A stretch of DNA of 64,000 nt from Bugula neritina (Eukaryota > Animalia > Bryozoa), in contig OZ037765.1 of assembly GCA_964035545.1 (NCBI GenBank), forward strand, positions 8,070,698 through 8,134,697, written 5' to 3'. A program made the translations under genes and the position numbers. Positions 11,562-24,100 of this stretch are shown in pieces (positions within the stretch are counted from its first letter, which is position 1; each line of letters starts with the position of its first letter). Under the pieces are notes generated by a model. The model saw nothing but the letters and a program-made list of their open reading frames with translations, did no database searches and was not told the origin of the DNA.

Positions 11562-13869
11562 TTATTGTTTATTAATTGGTGATCCATCAATTAAAGACAC
11601 ATTGTTCCTTCTTTCCCAGATCATACGATGCTGCTGTTTCCTAAAGGCATCGGTTGCGTGTTGAGATCTAATACCTAGATCACCATCTGTAACAAATGAC
11701 ACATGTATTATAAAGCAGTTTACCACAATGTTTAGATAACTTATGAACCAGAAAGAAAAAAAACACTTGTTTATAATAGTTCTAGTTATAAGGGTGCACA
11801 AATACATGTTGCATACATGTAAATCTTAGTACTAATGCTGTCTCAATAAGCTTAGAGAATCCCTGGCACAATTCGTTGATAAAGTTTTCAAATATTTATA
11901 TATTAGCTATCAAATTCAGACTATTTGAGGATTGTATGCTCAACAAATTTTGTTTTATTAATAATTTAATGGAAACATCTCTTGAATTGAGTTGCGATTT
12001 CTGATCGCATGCTGATACCATTTCCAATCGGCTCTGAAGTGCATAGCATTATAAAACTAGTAGTATATATTACCAACTTTCATTGTATATTACTAGTTGC
12101 TGCAACACACAGCTTAGTCGGCAATCAGAAATCCCAAATTAATTCACGAGATGTTTCCACAAAACCTATTAGATAACAGTCTGTAGATAATACCTAAAAT
12201 ATAACGAATATAAGTATTTTAATACTGCATAGAAAAAGTGTGTCAGGAATTCTCTAAACTCCACTTATCAACCTAAAATGAACACTTATTATACATGCAA
12301 CCTAATTTCACAGAAAACATAAAGTTTAACAAGTTTACATAATGATACAAATACTTACATTTAGCAAAATAATTTGTTTCAGAAGTGGTGAAATCATCGG
12401 TTTCCTTTTTACATTTAAAATGCCGATCTTCACTATAATACATGACGCACTCTACCATTCGTTGTCTCAAAATGTTGAGTATTGTTTCATCAACCATTCT
12501 ATATCAATAAAAAACAGCAACTGATTGGGGTCAAATACACTAACTTTGTACTTGCAAATGCTGCCAATTAAATGAAGCTAATTAGTTTAGAAAATAGCAA
12601 AGTGTCTATTTTATGAAAATGATTAGCTTACAGTTGGTTACAGCAATAAAAATCTATTTTGTATATGCTGTTGCAAACACATTACTTAGTGAAGCACAAG
12701 CTTTTCAACGCTACATGGCGTGGTCTTCAAGTCTAAACTACAGGACAGTAAATGAGCTGTGCTGGTAATAACAATAATGCTGTTGGGTTTACAGCTAATC
12801 TATTTCACAACGTGGACATACTTATCTCGAATATACTGCTGGTCAGCCTCATAAATGCAAACTGCATCGTCCTCGTCACAATCTTCAATTGGCGTCACTC
12901 TCTTTAGCTTACGGTGATAATAAACACTTTTATTCTTTTCTCGAAATGATGCAGTTGCAGCTAAAATAGTTCTGATATATAGCATGTGGTAACAGCATTT
13001 ATCAAACTCCCAAGAGCTTATAAATGTTTAGGTTGAATAACGAAAATTTTGAAAATAGTTTTTTTTGTAAAGCTCCATGTTTAAAAAATGTCAAATAAAA
13101 GAAAATTTGGGAATTTTGTTAACTAAGCTATGTGAATATAACTTTTGACTGACTGCCCAATTTTCATGTTATATAATTATTGCTTTAATTACAATAATCT
13201 TTACTTGCATATTTTAGCATTTATTCCAGTGTCAACTTCTGCAAATACAGGTAACTTGCTATTATTACATTTGCAACATTTCCTAGGTCAGTATTAGCAT
13301 CTGGGTTACCCACTAAAGATTGATTTTGATTTGAACTGTTAGCAATATCACATTTACATTTACAATAAATAAGAGTGTAAAGTAAAAGCTGAAATATCTG
13401 TACTAGTAAGTGAGTACAAGTAACACATACAAAATTATCATTGCATGTGATCAAGGAACACTGACCACTAAACTATTATACTTTTACTTATAGTAATAGT
13501 ATTACACATGCATTCACAGTAAAAGTGATAGCCGAGTTGAATGGCATCATGATAATTAGCAACTATAGCTATAAGTCAATAGTGAGTTACAGTGAGTTAC
13601 AGTGAGTGAGTTTCAATCACTCAATGCCATCAGACATAGGGTCGCTCAAGTCTTACCCCTTAGAGTTTATTTAGTGATTTAAATTTAAATGCAAGTCTGA
13701 AATAAAAATCTAATAGCTTAAAACATGTCAATTTTACCAGCAATGATTTATTAGCTTTATAAGGCAGAGTCTCACCTCGTAATTTATCTCCAGGAAAATC
13801 CAAAATAGCAAAGAAAGAATTAGATATTTTTGTTGTTAATTTGGCATACCAAGGCCGATCCCCTGACAT
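11562..13869 (-). CDS. NDUFB10: NADH dehydrogenase 1 beta subcomplex subunit 10 (PDSW)
   Basis: Exons 13869-13776, 12960-12822, 12498-12359, 11686-11562 splice in frame. Motifs YYHRKLKRV..IEDCDEDDAVCIYEADQQYIRDKMVDETILNILRQRMVEC and KYGDLG...KQQHRMIWERR are typical of NDUFB10. Confidence 0.93.
11970..12159. mobile_element. MITE with ~36-bp terminal inverted repeats (family B) in an NDUFB10 intron
   Basis: Left TGGAAACATCTCTTGAATTGAGTTGCGATTTCTGAT versus reverse complement of the right end TGGAAACATCTCGTGAATTAATTTGGGATTTCTGAT. Confidence 0.8.
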
Positions 13870-13949
13870 GTTCAGCTAGGTTTTAAAATTCTGCAAATAA
13901 AAGAGCCTGTCAAATTTATCTTTTATCAACTACAAGGACCACTGTAATA

Positions 13950-15340
13950 TCCTACCAGAATGCAAGTATTACTACAGTATCAGTGAAAGTACTACCATCA
14001 GTATCAGTATCACTATGACCCTGAGTGAACGAACATCACTATGACTGTGAGTATTCATTCTATTTTTAAACCAAATTAACTTAAACTATTTAACTTAACA
14101 AATAACAATCAATGCCATTAAATAATACAATAATTGCACAAGTAATATTATTAAATAATCAATATAATATTAGAAGGTACTCCAGTGTACCTTAGGCTTA
14201 GAGGGTAGACCTTACTCTTACAGAGCTCTACTATCACTATTAGAAATACTACTGTATTATTATTAGACTTAGTATTAGTATTACAGTGCTCCCTCTATAT
14301 CACACAGTTTCATATCTCACAAAATTCTATAGGTCACAAGAAGGGCTTGGACCCTGATTTGTGGCCTATGTGTGTATGTGTGTATAGGGACAAAATGCCC
14401 GAACTTAACCGTTTCATGAGTTAAATATGGTATTCTACTATGTAACGAATTGAGGTATAGGGACTCACTGCTTAGTGAGATATAGAAGGAGCACTGCACT
14501 ACTAGGATTAAATTTAATTCTATTGTCACTGATTCTTAGGTATAAAATATAAATCAAAATGTAGCACTCAATTTCGTGGGCATACTCATAATAATAATTG
14601 ATTAATACCAACTCTAAGAGTAACTGAAAGACCCCCTCAAGCTTGCAAGTGGGTTCGCTAACCATTAAATCACATGAACTAGTTAGTGCTACGAAATTTC
14701 TAACAACAAATCATCATTTTGATAATTATAATGAGTAATCATTTACACTTACAGCATTACTAATAGTAATACTAATAGTATTAGGACCAATGCTATTATT
14801 ATCACTGTTACTATTAGGCTTAATTTCAATTACAATCAAAATAATAATTATAATAAACTTAATAGTAATACTAATTTAAATTGTAATAAAATTAAATTTA
14901 AAATAAAAAGTAATTAAAAAATTTAATGTAGCACAAGCCATAATCATAACGATAACATCAACAACATGAACAATAGTAACAGTAAATGTAACACTAAGTC
15001 AAACACTGAAAATTAAATTTAACAAATTATTTAACACCCTCACAGTGACAGTAACTGTCATACTCAGAGTCAGACTGAGACCAGTTCTATTTTTAACTTT
15101 AGTTTTATTGTTTTCCGTTTCGTTTTCACATAGACATACTCATAGTGATAGTGATAGTCATATGAAATATCTATATCAATATCAATATTGAATCATTATT
15201 ACAATTATTCAGTATAAAACACAAAAACTAACAAGAATACCATTAGGTTTAACTTATAAGTTGTAACTAGAAGATAGACTTTAACATTAAGTATTAGTAT
15301 AACTATAACTTATAAGTATAAGTTGAATAACAAGTAGTGA
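13950..15340. repeat. Patchy 6-nt-periodic A[C/G]T-nnn low-complexity tracts upstream of the NDUFB10 start codon
   Basis: Examples: AGTATCAGTATCACTATGAC (~14020), ACTAATAGTAATACTAATAGTATT (~14760), AGTGATAGTGATAGTCAT (~15144), AGTATAACTATAACTTATAAGTATAAGT (~15296). Confidence 0.7.
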
Positions 15341-15640
15341 AGTACAACGACTTGATCATTAATTATTGCTATGAGCTTTGCAGTGAGAGTATACAATATT
15401 GCCCCTAAACTATATTTTCATGATAAAAATTCGTTTATTAAAAAAACTATAAATAAAAGTTTATTGTTAAAAATAATAATTATTTTATTCATAAATGTTT
15501 ATAATAATCTATAAAAAAATTTGACGTTCAAAAACGGTGCTATTCGGCATCCAGCAAAAGGATACCGCTGCATAAGAATATTAATATATAGAAGTGATAT
15601 TGCGCGCCACACTACATATATAGAATTACGTTTCCGTTAA

Positions 15641-15653
15641 CTTTGCCTTTTCT
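15641..15653 (+). promoter_or_regulatory. Polypyrimidine (TCT/5'TOP-like) initiator of RPL3
   Basis: CTTTGCCTTTTCT ending 15 nt before the ATG, with a TATA-like ATATATAGA about 25 nt upstream. Ribosomal protein genes typically start in such tracts. Confidence 0.65.
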
Positions 15654-15667
15654 ACTTGGAACGCAGA

Positions 15668-17930
15668 ATGGTAAGCAAGTTATTTTAATCTGGTCAAGTT
15701 TCGTTTGTTTTATGGCATCCATGCCTTAAAATACTATAACTAAGCAAGTAATCATCAATCAATTCTATGCTTACTGTTGTAGTCTCACCGAAAGTTTTCT
15801 GCCCCTCGGCATGGCAATCTCGGGTTTATGCCCAAAAAGAGAAGTAAACGCCATAGAGGAAAGTGCAAATCGTTTCCTAAAGATGATCCTAAAAAGCCTG
15901 TGCATCTGACGGCATTCTTGGGGTACAAGGCTGGCATGACTCATATCGTGCGAGAAGTAAATCGACCAGGCTCCAGTAAGTTGCAATGAATATTTCTTTT
16001 CTATCGCATCGCTCTGCACCTGTGGCTTAAGTGCTTTCTGAACCGTGAACGTCCTCACTTTTTTGTATATAGTAAATGTAACACTAATAGTCTGTAACGC
16101 AACTTTCAGAGGTCAACAAAAAGGAAATTGTGGAAGCTGTAACTGTCATTGAAACTCCACCCATGGTTGTTGTTGGTGTAACTGGTTACATTGAAACTCC
16201 TCGTGGTCTGAGGACTATTGGCACCATTTGGGCTGAGCATCTAAGTGAAGAGTGCAGACGCCGATTTTACAAAAACTGGTAAATATCGATAATGTCAACA
16301 GTAATTATCGGCTAGTAATATGGTTAATTTAATTAAATTTCTACCTTAGTTCATGTACTGTTTCAGCAGCCATACAGCAAATGAACGAGAAATTTTACGG
16401 GCTCTTCCCCTAAGCCGTTTAGTGTTGTGTTAGCAGCACGGCTGTAGGTTAGTGAGCCCCATCTTTTTACCAGGTAATCCTCCGCTCACTTGGCGTGCTT
16501 TTTCTGCAAGCATTAGCCTTGTGATGAGGTTTATCTGTGTCATTTGCTTAGGTACCACTCTAAAAAGAAGGCCTTTACAAAGTATGCTAAGAAATGGCAA
16601 GATGATGACGGGCGCAAAGTCATCGAGCGAGATTTCAATAAGCTGATCAAGTACTGCAAGGTCATCCGAGTGCTTTGTCACACCCAGGTATGGTTCCTCT
16701 GTCAATTAACATTTTTATCTCTTTTATTGTCTGTGATGTTTTTGCATGTATTACTTGACATTTATGAAACCAATTTCTTTCTGAGACTATGTTATACTAA
16801 TGCGTTTCTCGCCTTAATCATTTGGGCTTTTGTCAAAGCAATGTATCATGTTGTAGATGAAATTGATGAACCATCGACAGAAAAAAGCCCATCTTATGGA
16901 AATCCAAGTTAATGGTGGTACAATTGCTGATAAAGTAAATTGGGCCAAGGAGCATCTTGAGAAACAAGTACCAGTCAGCAGTGTGTTTATGCAAGATGAA
17001 ATGCTTGATGTGATTGGTGTTACAAAGGGAAAAGGATTCAAAGGTGTTGTGTCCCGTTGGCATGTCAAGAAGCTACCTAGAAAAACTCATAAAGGTCTTC
17101 GTAAGGTAGCTTGTATTGGTGCCTGGCATCCAGCTAGAGTTGGCTTTGGTGTGCCAAGAGCTGGTCAGAAGGGATACCATCATCGTACTGAGGTTAACAA
17201 GAAGGTGTACAGAGTTGGTGCAGGTTAGTTATTTGTGTATTGTAGCCGTTATATTGGTTATTGATAATGATGTTTATTGGAATTACCGGTTGAATCTTAT
17301 GAAACCAACTTATGGCTAAACCCTGAATCAAATTGTAATGGACTATGTTGTGCCAGTCAGTTTCTTGGTTGCATGTTCAATGTTCTATCTTGATTTTTCA
17401 AGGTATCCATACTAAAGACGGCAAAGTGGTGAAAAATAATGCATCAACAGAGTACGATATTACTGAGAAGTCTATTACTCCGATGGGTGGGTTCCCTCAT
17501 TATGGTGAAGTGAGGAATGACTTCCTCATGCTGAAGGGATGTGTTATGGGGCCCAAGAAGCGTGTGTTAACTCTAAGAAAGGTGAGCAACACCATCAAGT
17601 AGTGATATTAGTTGTGAAGTATAATGATGAATAGCTTTCTGGTTTCTTTTTGCGGAGAAACCCTGATCTTTTTGATGAAACCTATGCTGCCTTCCTACTG
17701 AATACCTTATACTAGAAGACAATATCACAACATTTGTAATTTCTGCTATTAAAAGTTTTGGCACATAATTTTAGTCCCTCATGGTGCACACTAAACGAGT
17801 TGCCACAGAAGAAATCAAGCTGAAGTTCATTGATACCAGCAGTAAATTTGGACATGGTCGATTCCAAACTAAAGAAGAGAAGAAAGCTTTTATGGGACCT
17901 CTCAAGAAAGACAAAGAAGTTGCAGCATAA
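15668..17930 (+). CDS. RPL3: 60S ribosomal protein L3 (uL3)
   Basis: Exons 15668-15670 (ATG only), 15783-15975, 16110-16278, 16552-16687, 16857-17223, 17403-17581, 17775-17930. Reads [12 protein letters not shown]...[22 protein letters not shown]...[16 protein letters not shown]. Confidence 0.98.
16350..16473 (+). other. Candidate structured poison (PTC-containing) cassette exon in RPL3 intron 3
   Basis: Acceptors CCTTAG (16349) or TTTCAG (16366), donor CAG|GTAATC (16473/16474). In-frame stops from either acceptor; long stem GGGCTC..CCTA-AGCCGT/ACGGCT-G-TAGG..GAGCCC at 16399-16459. Confidence 0.5.
16729..16787 (+). ncRNA. Box C/D snoRNA, SNORD45-like guide (18S Um172, human numbering)
   Basis: Terminal stem GTC/GAC, box C GTGATGT (16733), guide TGCATGTATTA complementary to 18S UAAUACAUGC(A), D' TTGA (16755), D CTGA (16781). 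The +5 rule selects the U of CUAAU*ACAUGC. Confidence 0.82.
17261..17331 (+). ncRNA. Box C/D snoRNA, SNORD65/snR77-like (18S Um627 human, Um578 yeast)
   Basis: Terminal stem TTGAT/ATCAA, box C ATGATGT (17267), guide TGGAATTACCG (17278-17288) complementary to 18S CGGUAAUUCCA, D' TTGA (17290), D CTGA (17323). Confidence 0.85.
17619..17705 (+). ncRNA. Box C/D snoRNA, SNORD83/snR52-like (18S Am468 human, Am420 yeast)
   Basis: Stem GTAT/ATAC, box C ATGATGA (17624), internal hairpin GGTTTCT/AGAAACC, D' CTGA (17663), C' TGATGA (17673), guide TGCTGCCTTCCT (17685-17696) complementary to 18S AGGAAGGCAGCA, D CTGA (17698). Confidence 0.9.
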
Positions 17931-18175
17931 TTTTTGTACATTTATTTTTATTGGTGTACAATAAAAACTGCTTGAGCTTCCAAAACAATGTAACCTCAGT
18001 CCAATTTATTTGCATCAACAAGCTTAATTAGGGTTTTAAGTGAGCTGAGATCAAATGTTGAAGTGTATAAATTACAAAAGTGCATTATATATAATCTGAA
18101 TAAACTAGCTAATAGCTAGGGCAAGACCCTGATGTTGCTTAGGTTAATTTTGAGGACAAGTGGTAAATGCTGCTT

Positions 18176-21100
18176 TCAGTCAAAATCGTCGACCTCTTCC
18201 TCTATTGCTTCCCCTAAAATGTCTCCCTCGTCGTCTTCTTGGAATTGATCAACAGATTTGTTGTCCACGGCTGGTCCCCTCCCCAGTGGTATGTTCAAAT
18301 GTTGGTGTATTGCCTCCAGTGTTGACATGCTAATGTAATGGCCTATATTGGCAGTAGTCTTGCTGCGAAGCTCTTGTAGCAAATTGTAAGCCTGAAATTA
18401 CAAATTAGTTGGGTGAAATTTGTGAAGCATGATTAGAATTTTGCCAATCAATATTGCCTGAGCTTACCATGTTGAAGTTGCCCTTTCTGTGAAAATGCTC
18501 TATTATGAACCCATATAGATTTCCTAGTCTTACACTGGAATCAATATCTGGCTCTTCCAGCAAGATTTGGCAGAGCTTGATAGCTTCTTCTGGAGAGTCC
18601 TCATAAGACCTATGGAAATCAACAACATGTTCAAGCCATCAACTATGACTGCAATTGAGGACATGCTTTTTAAAGCAATGGTTGCTGCATTAAGATGACA
18701 CTAGTAATTTCAGGCATGGTTAATATAATATGGTCAATTGGAGTTTAGCAACTGTACTGTAAATAGAAAACTGTAAAGGTGTACAGGCAAAAATCAATCT
18801 AATACATCTAATTGCATAATTATGTGCAATGTAAGCAGTAACTAACCTCTTTGCATTCACAAATTTTTTTATAAGAGTAATTTTATGCTTCAGGGCAGCC
18901 AATCTTTCTTCTTGCAAGGTTGTGTTACTCATTTTTGCATTAGAGATACTTTTGGCTGCTTCGCCCAATGCTCCCAGTGCTTTTTCATAATTCTGATACT
19001 CGTCAATCTCAGCCTGAATATTTATAGACACAACATAGAATTATGATTTTAAGCTAAATTATTGTTAGTTACTGTCCAATTAATGGTGCATATGAAAATC
19101 CGCATAGTGTGTTATAACACCTCCATACTACTAAGTATTGAGTCTTCACTAAACTAAATTGTAGTCCTTCACAATCTTGAAAAATCACCATGCTGATATG
19201 CGGCTGAGTAAATGGCCTGTTACTGTAAAGATAGCTAGCACTTATAAAAAACGAGCTTACTGCTAACCTGGGCACATGATTCGTAAAAGGAAGCCAATGA
19301 ATCCAAAGCTCTGCCTTTAGTATAAAAGCTGATGATGTCTTTCATAACTTTTGGATTTTTAGTCCAATCTAAACTTTGTAGATAGTTGGCAGCCATTACA
19401 TATATCTCTTTTTGTCTAGACACACCAGCGTAGAATGTAATCTTTTCAGTATCACCGGACTTTAACAAGGCTTTCATACCCTAAATAAAAGTTAACAGAA
19501 GTTAATTATGAAACTGCTTATAGCTATGATGTTGGTCATTCAACAGGTTCAGAATTTCTTTCTTCTATGCCAACCTTAATTCTGTTTCCAGCTTGAGTGT
19601 ATTTCTTAGTGGCTAGGTGATACTGCCGTTGATTCATACACACAGTAGCAATGGCCTCTAGGATTCTCATGCGATCTGATTCGCTGTCCTTGTCATCAGA
19701 CTTCTCCGGAGTTAACTTCTCGACTAGCTCTTCTGTCAGCATTACATTTTGGTCATTGCATAACTTCAGTGCGTCAATGTACTGTAAACATCAATGTTGC
19801 ACATGTTTATATTTTATACTTAAAATGTTGCTACATGCTTTTGATCTTTACCAAATGCATATCATAGAGTGCCATAGGTGGGGCTTTAAAAAAGGTATCC
19901 ATCTCGTGCTGTAATTGAGGCAGCAAATTGTTTATTCAAATGTTACACTTATCTCTGCTCTGCCTTGTAAAATTATCGGAATGCACTATTATTAGAGCAT
20001 GATATCATCACTAGTATGACTAGGTATATTGACCAGAAGTTATTTATTTTACTATATTAATGAAAATTTCTTATTGATACCCCTGCTATTACTACATATT
20101 GCTGAAGTGCTGAAAACAGCCTACCTTTTTGCCAATAGCTAAAAGGTCAACGGCTCTGTCAAACTGGCCGTTATCTAAGAAGAACTGAGCACATCTCTTG
20201 AGCACCTCAGGATCTGTATTGGATGTAAGACTCTCGGATATGAGTTGCAGAGCTCCAAATTGTTTTGTCTCAAATGCTAAGTCTAAAGCCTTAGAGAAGC
20301 TGCCAGCCTACACAAAGATAAATGAAGAAACTAATTGGTTATCACACGTCCAATCGCTGTTAATTTTTATAATCATTACTTCATAAAAATTGTTCTAAAA
20401 TTAGCAAAATTTATAAAGCTAAAAATTTGATCTAGAAACAAAACTTGTTCCTTTTAAAAGCACATCATATAATTAAAAAAAGCATATTATCTTAATACTG
20501 CTTTTAGTGACACTACTAACACTAATGATGCCTATTACCATTTCAGTTTAGTGATGAAAATTTGTTTATTAACGATCAGAGTGACTTAAATATTACCTTA
20601 TGATACAACATAACAGCTTTGTCTTGACAGCCTGGTTTCTTCTCATAATATTTAGCAGCTTCAAGCATGTCTTCAGTTTGACCAAGTAGTGCCAGATTCA
20701 TCAGCTGGTCATCCATCTCATGCTCTCTGCACAGTCTTATTGCATTACCGTATGCTTGAGCTCTCGTGTAGAAATGAATCGACTCTTTAGGCTGGTCTTG
20801 ATTTTCATATGTTCTGGCAAGCTGGTAGCAAGCAGCACGATCTCCAGTGTCGTTGCATATTTCAGCTGCCTAAGTCAAGTAGTAAACCTAGACTTTACCT
20901 ACTGCTTTAAATTATATCTGTTATAAATTTACTGTTATATCTGCAGATTTTCTCACCTTATCAAGATTTCCACAATAGCAATACACTCTGACTAGGGACA
21001 GGAAATCTTGAGCTGATTCATAAAATTGTAAAGATGTTTCCATCTCTCCTGTACTTTCTAAATACTGTGCCCACCACTTTCTCAGTGATCTATTGTATAT

Positions 21101-24100
21101 ACCATAGAACACATATTCGGTAATAAGTCTATTGGTATACAACTGTGTGCTAATCAAGAAGGATACAACACACATACAATGCATACATTGTACATAGTAT
21201 ACATGAATAAATACCTGTCTTTGGACTTGAGAATATACTTCTCAAGATCTTGAGGCTCATCAAACAACATTCTCGGCACCTCAAATTTCTGAGTATCCGA
21301 TCTTTCAAAACTAAACAAAGAAAACTCAATCGTAGAAAGATGAAAATTATGGTGTAGCACATAATATATTACCTTACATACACTGTATTTAATTTATGGA
21401 ATTGAAAAACAATTTTCTGTAAATGTGAACAGTAGGAATAGTATGATCTGTAGCAGTATTTACTAGCTGATAGCACTGTTTAAGTCTCCTTTCTCCTCCA
21501 AATGCTTGGCATAATTATAGTGGCAACTTCGTAGATGGATTCTATCATTAGATTCAGCAACAGCAATAGCCTAAAACAAAAAAATTCAATGATTGAAAAT
21601 TGTTTAAAAGCTCAATATGCATGTGTTGCAAAAATGAGCCTTTAAATATATTCTGAATATTAAATGCTCTTCTCAAATAACATGCTATAATATATCAATT
21701 CCAATAATATGTTTTTGTGCAGAACCGATGGGTGACTTTATTGTTATTCAAAACTTTCAACAAATAAAATTTGGCAAAAAAAGTTGGTCAAAGGAATTAT
21801 GTTGAATACCTTATCCCACTGCCCATTGGCCTGATACAACTCGTTCAGCAAATCGTATCTTTTACAACTTTTAAGCAGACGCTCTGCATCATCTAAGAGA
21901 CCAAGCTGAATTGCTAGAACAGCAACTCTTGCGTCCAGTTCCTGATATTTACTGGCCTCTCTCAAAGCTTTCGCACCTCTAGCATGACCCATGTTGCCCA
22001 AGCAAACAGAAGCCACATCGAGTCTCCGAGACTTTACACACATCTTTGCCATGTTTTCCCAAACTGATTCACTATGTAAAGAAAATTGTAGTGAGATAGG
22101 AAGCAATTTTTACCATATATCAACTATGTGAGCTCTACAACACTATGATCTATTATTTTCCACATGTGTGCATGCAACTGAAGAAAATATTTTACATAAT
22201 GGTGAAAATTACAACTCCTAGCATTCTGAACACCCTTAGCAGCTTTCATTATACACCATGTTGGTAATTCAGCTATTTTCTATAACAGCAGTTAAAGAAG
22301 TCCTAAATGACACACTGAGTGGTTTTCCATTTTCACCTCTTAATCAATTTTATTGATTTGAAAGCTTCATCCATATTGCCTATGGTGAGATAGAAGCTGA
22401 AGTTCATCATGGCATCTCTAGAAGATTTGTTAGCTTGCTCCAAGCCAATGAAATCACGCATAGTACGCCGAGCAACGTGTTGAGAAGGCGAAGAACTCAC
22501 TGCAGCTGGTCTAGGTGTCAGTTGTTTCTCTCCTAAATATTAAAATATTCTACTTGGTACACAACATAACATAACATATTATTTAGTTTAAATAATGATA
22601 TAATATACTATTGAATGCTAGTGTGTAAATGTAACTTGGACTAAATGTTTGCAAATAAATTTTTACTTGAAACATTATCATTTAGATTTTAGTGCTTTTA
22701 TATATTTTTATTACTTATTTACCAGGATTTTGACTTTGTAGTTCATCAGCTTTTACAGCAAAGAAAAAATAAGGTACTTCGAATCCGAGAAATGCGCTGA
22801 ATGTTTTGTTCATGTTGAAACTGTCTTGGATCATTGTTCCGTGTTCAGGAGTTGTGAACAGAGACACGACCAGGGACTCTGCCTAAAATCAGTAGAGACA
22901 TAAATATGACACACGTAGCTTGTAGGCATTGTAAAATGACTGTGACTTGAACAGTGACTTCAAAATATGAAGAGAACATAAATCATGCTGTTTCAGCTCA
23001 TGAGATGACAAATTAATCAAACAATGATATGGTTATTGCATAATAAAGTCACTAATGCTGTATATGTTAATTATAGAAGTAAAAAACATTATGCCCTTTA
23101 TATATCAGACAAAAAAATAAGTAAAAGCAAAAATTAATAACAATAAAAAGTGAAAGAGCACATTTGTAATTATAAACTTACAGGACTAGACAGAGCAATC
23201 AGTTCTTTCAGCATCTTAATTTGAATAAATTCAAAATATTATTTTATTTCTTTATTAGACTTGAAAAAATTAAGAATGATTAAAATAACGCAGTAAATAT
23301 GCTACCTCTTGCATAACATTGCCTTTAATAGCCTGTGTCCCAGGGATGCGCTTCACTTCACATACTATTAATCTTGGCTCTGAAGAATCCCAAAACTGAC
23401 TGATAGGATATCTTTGAGAAATGTCTCGGGCAGCTTGAAACCTCCCTCTGAAAAAACTCACAGGTTATTACTTAGTACAAATATAAATAAAAGCTGTTTA
23501 AGAAGCATAGGAATCACACTTCTCAATATTCACCTGTCCAAGTCTGAAATATCTGCATCATTTACATCCTCCTCAACATCTATATCTTCATCTTGTTCGC
23601 CGCGCCCACTTTCAAAGTCAAAGAACTGTACAAGGTCAAGCTCAGTGTCCCAAATATATAGCTTACTGTCCAGTTTTCCATCAGCCTAAAAACAACATAT
23701 AAGTAATTAGTGAGGGAGGGTAAAAAAACCCTCCATAACTAAATTTACTAGATATGCATATGAAGATAAAGTGTGGTATGTATACAAAAGCAAAAAAAGA
23801 AAAAAAAAACTGTGAGTTATTCAATGTAGGAGCATACAAATTTTGCAGTAGAATAAGCTGTTAACTGTGACATAAGTTTAAAATGATTTATATGCCATGC
23901 TATATTGTGTTCTTCTAAATCCAGTAATAATTTAAAGTTTCAAGTAGTTATTTAACATACCTTTGCGATGATTAGACTAACTTTTGAGCCATTGCAATTG
24001 CATTTTACAGACACTATACTTCCAAAGTTAGGAATCACCTCCCCAATGTTCTTTGGAATGTTGTGGGCTTTGGCTTCTCTATAGCAGAAATTAATGCTTA

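Noticed and set aside
15976-16109. Possible snoRNA in RPL3 intron 2
   Set aside because: A CTGA is present but there is no acceptable box C, terminal stem or recognisable rRNA guide.
21159-21166. U12-type donor-like GTATCCTT on the IFT140 strand
   Set aside because: It lies mid-intron, and the flanking exons join in frame with ordinary GT-AG sites.
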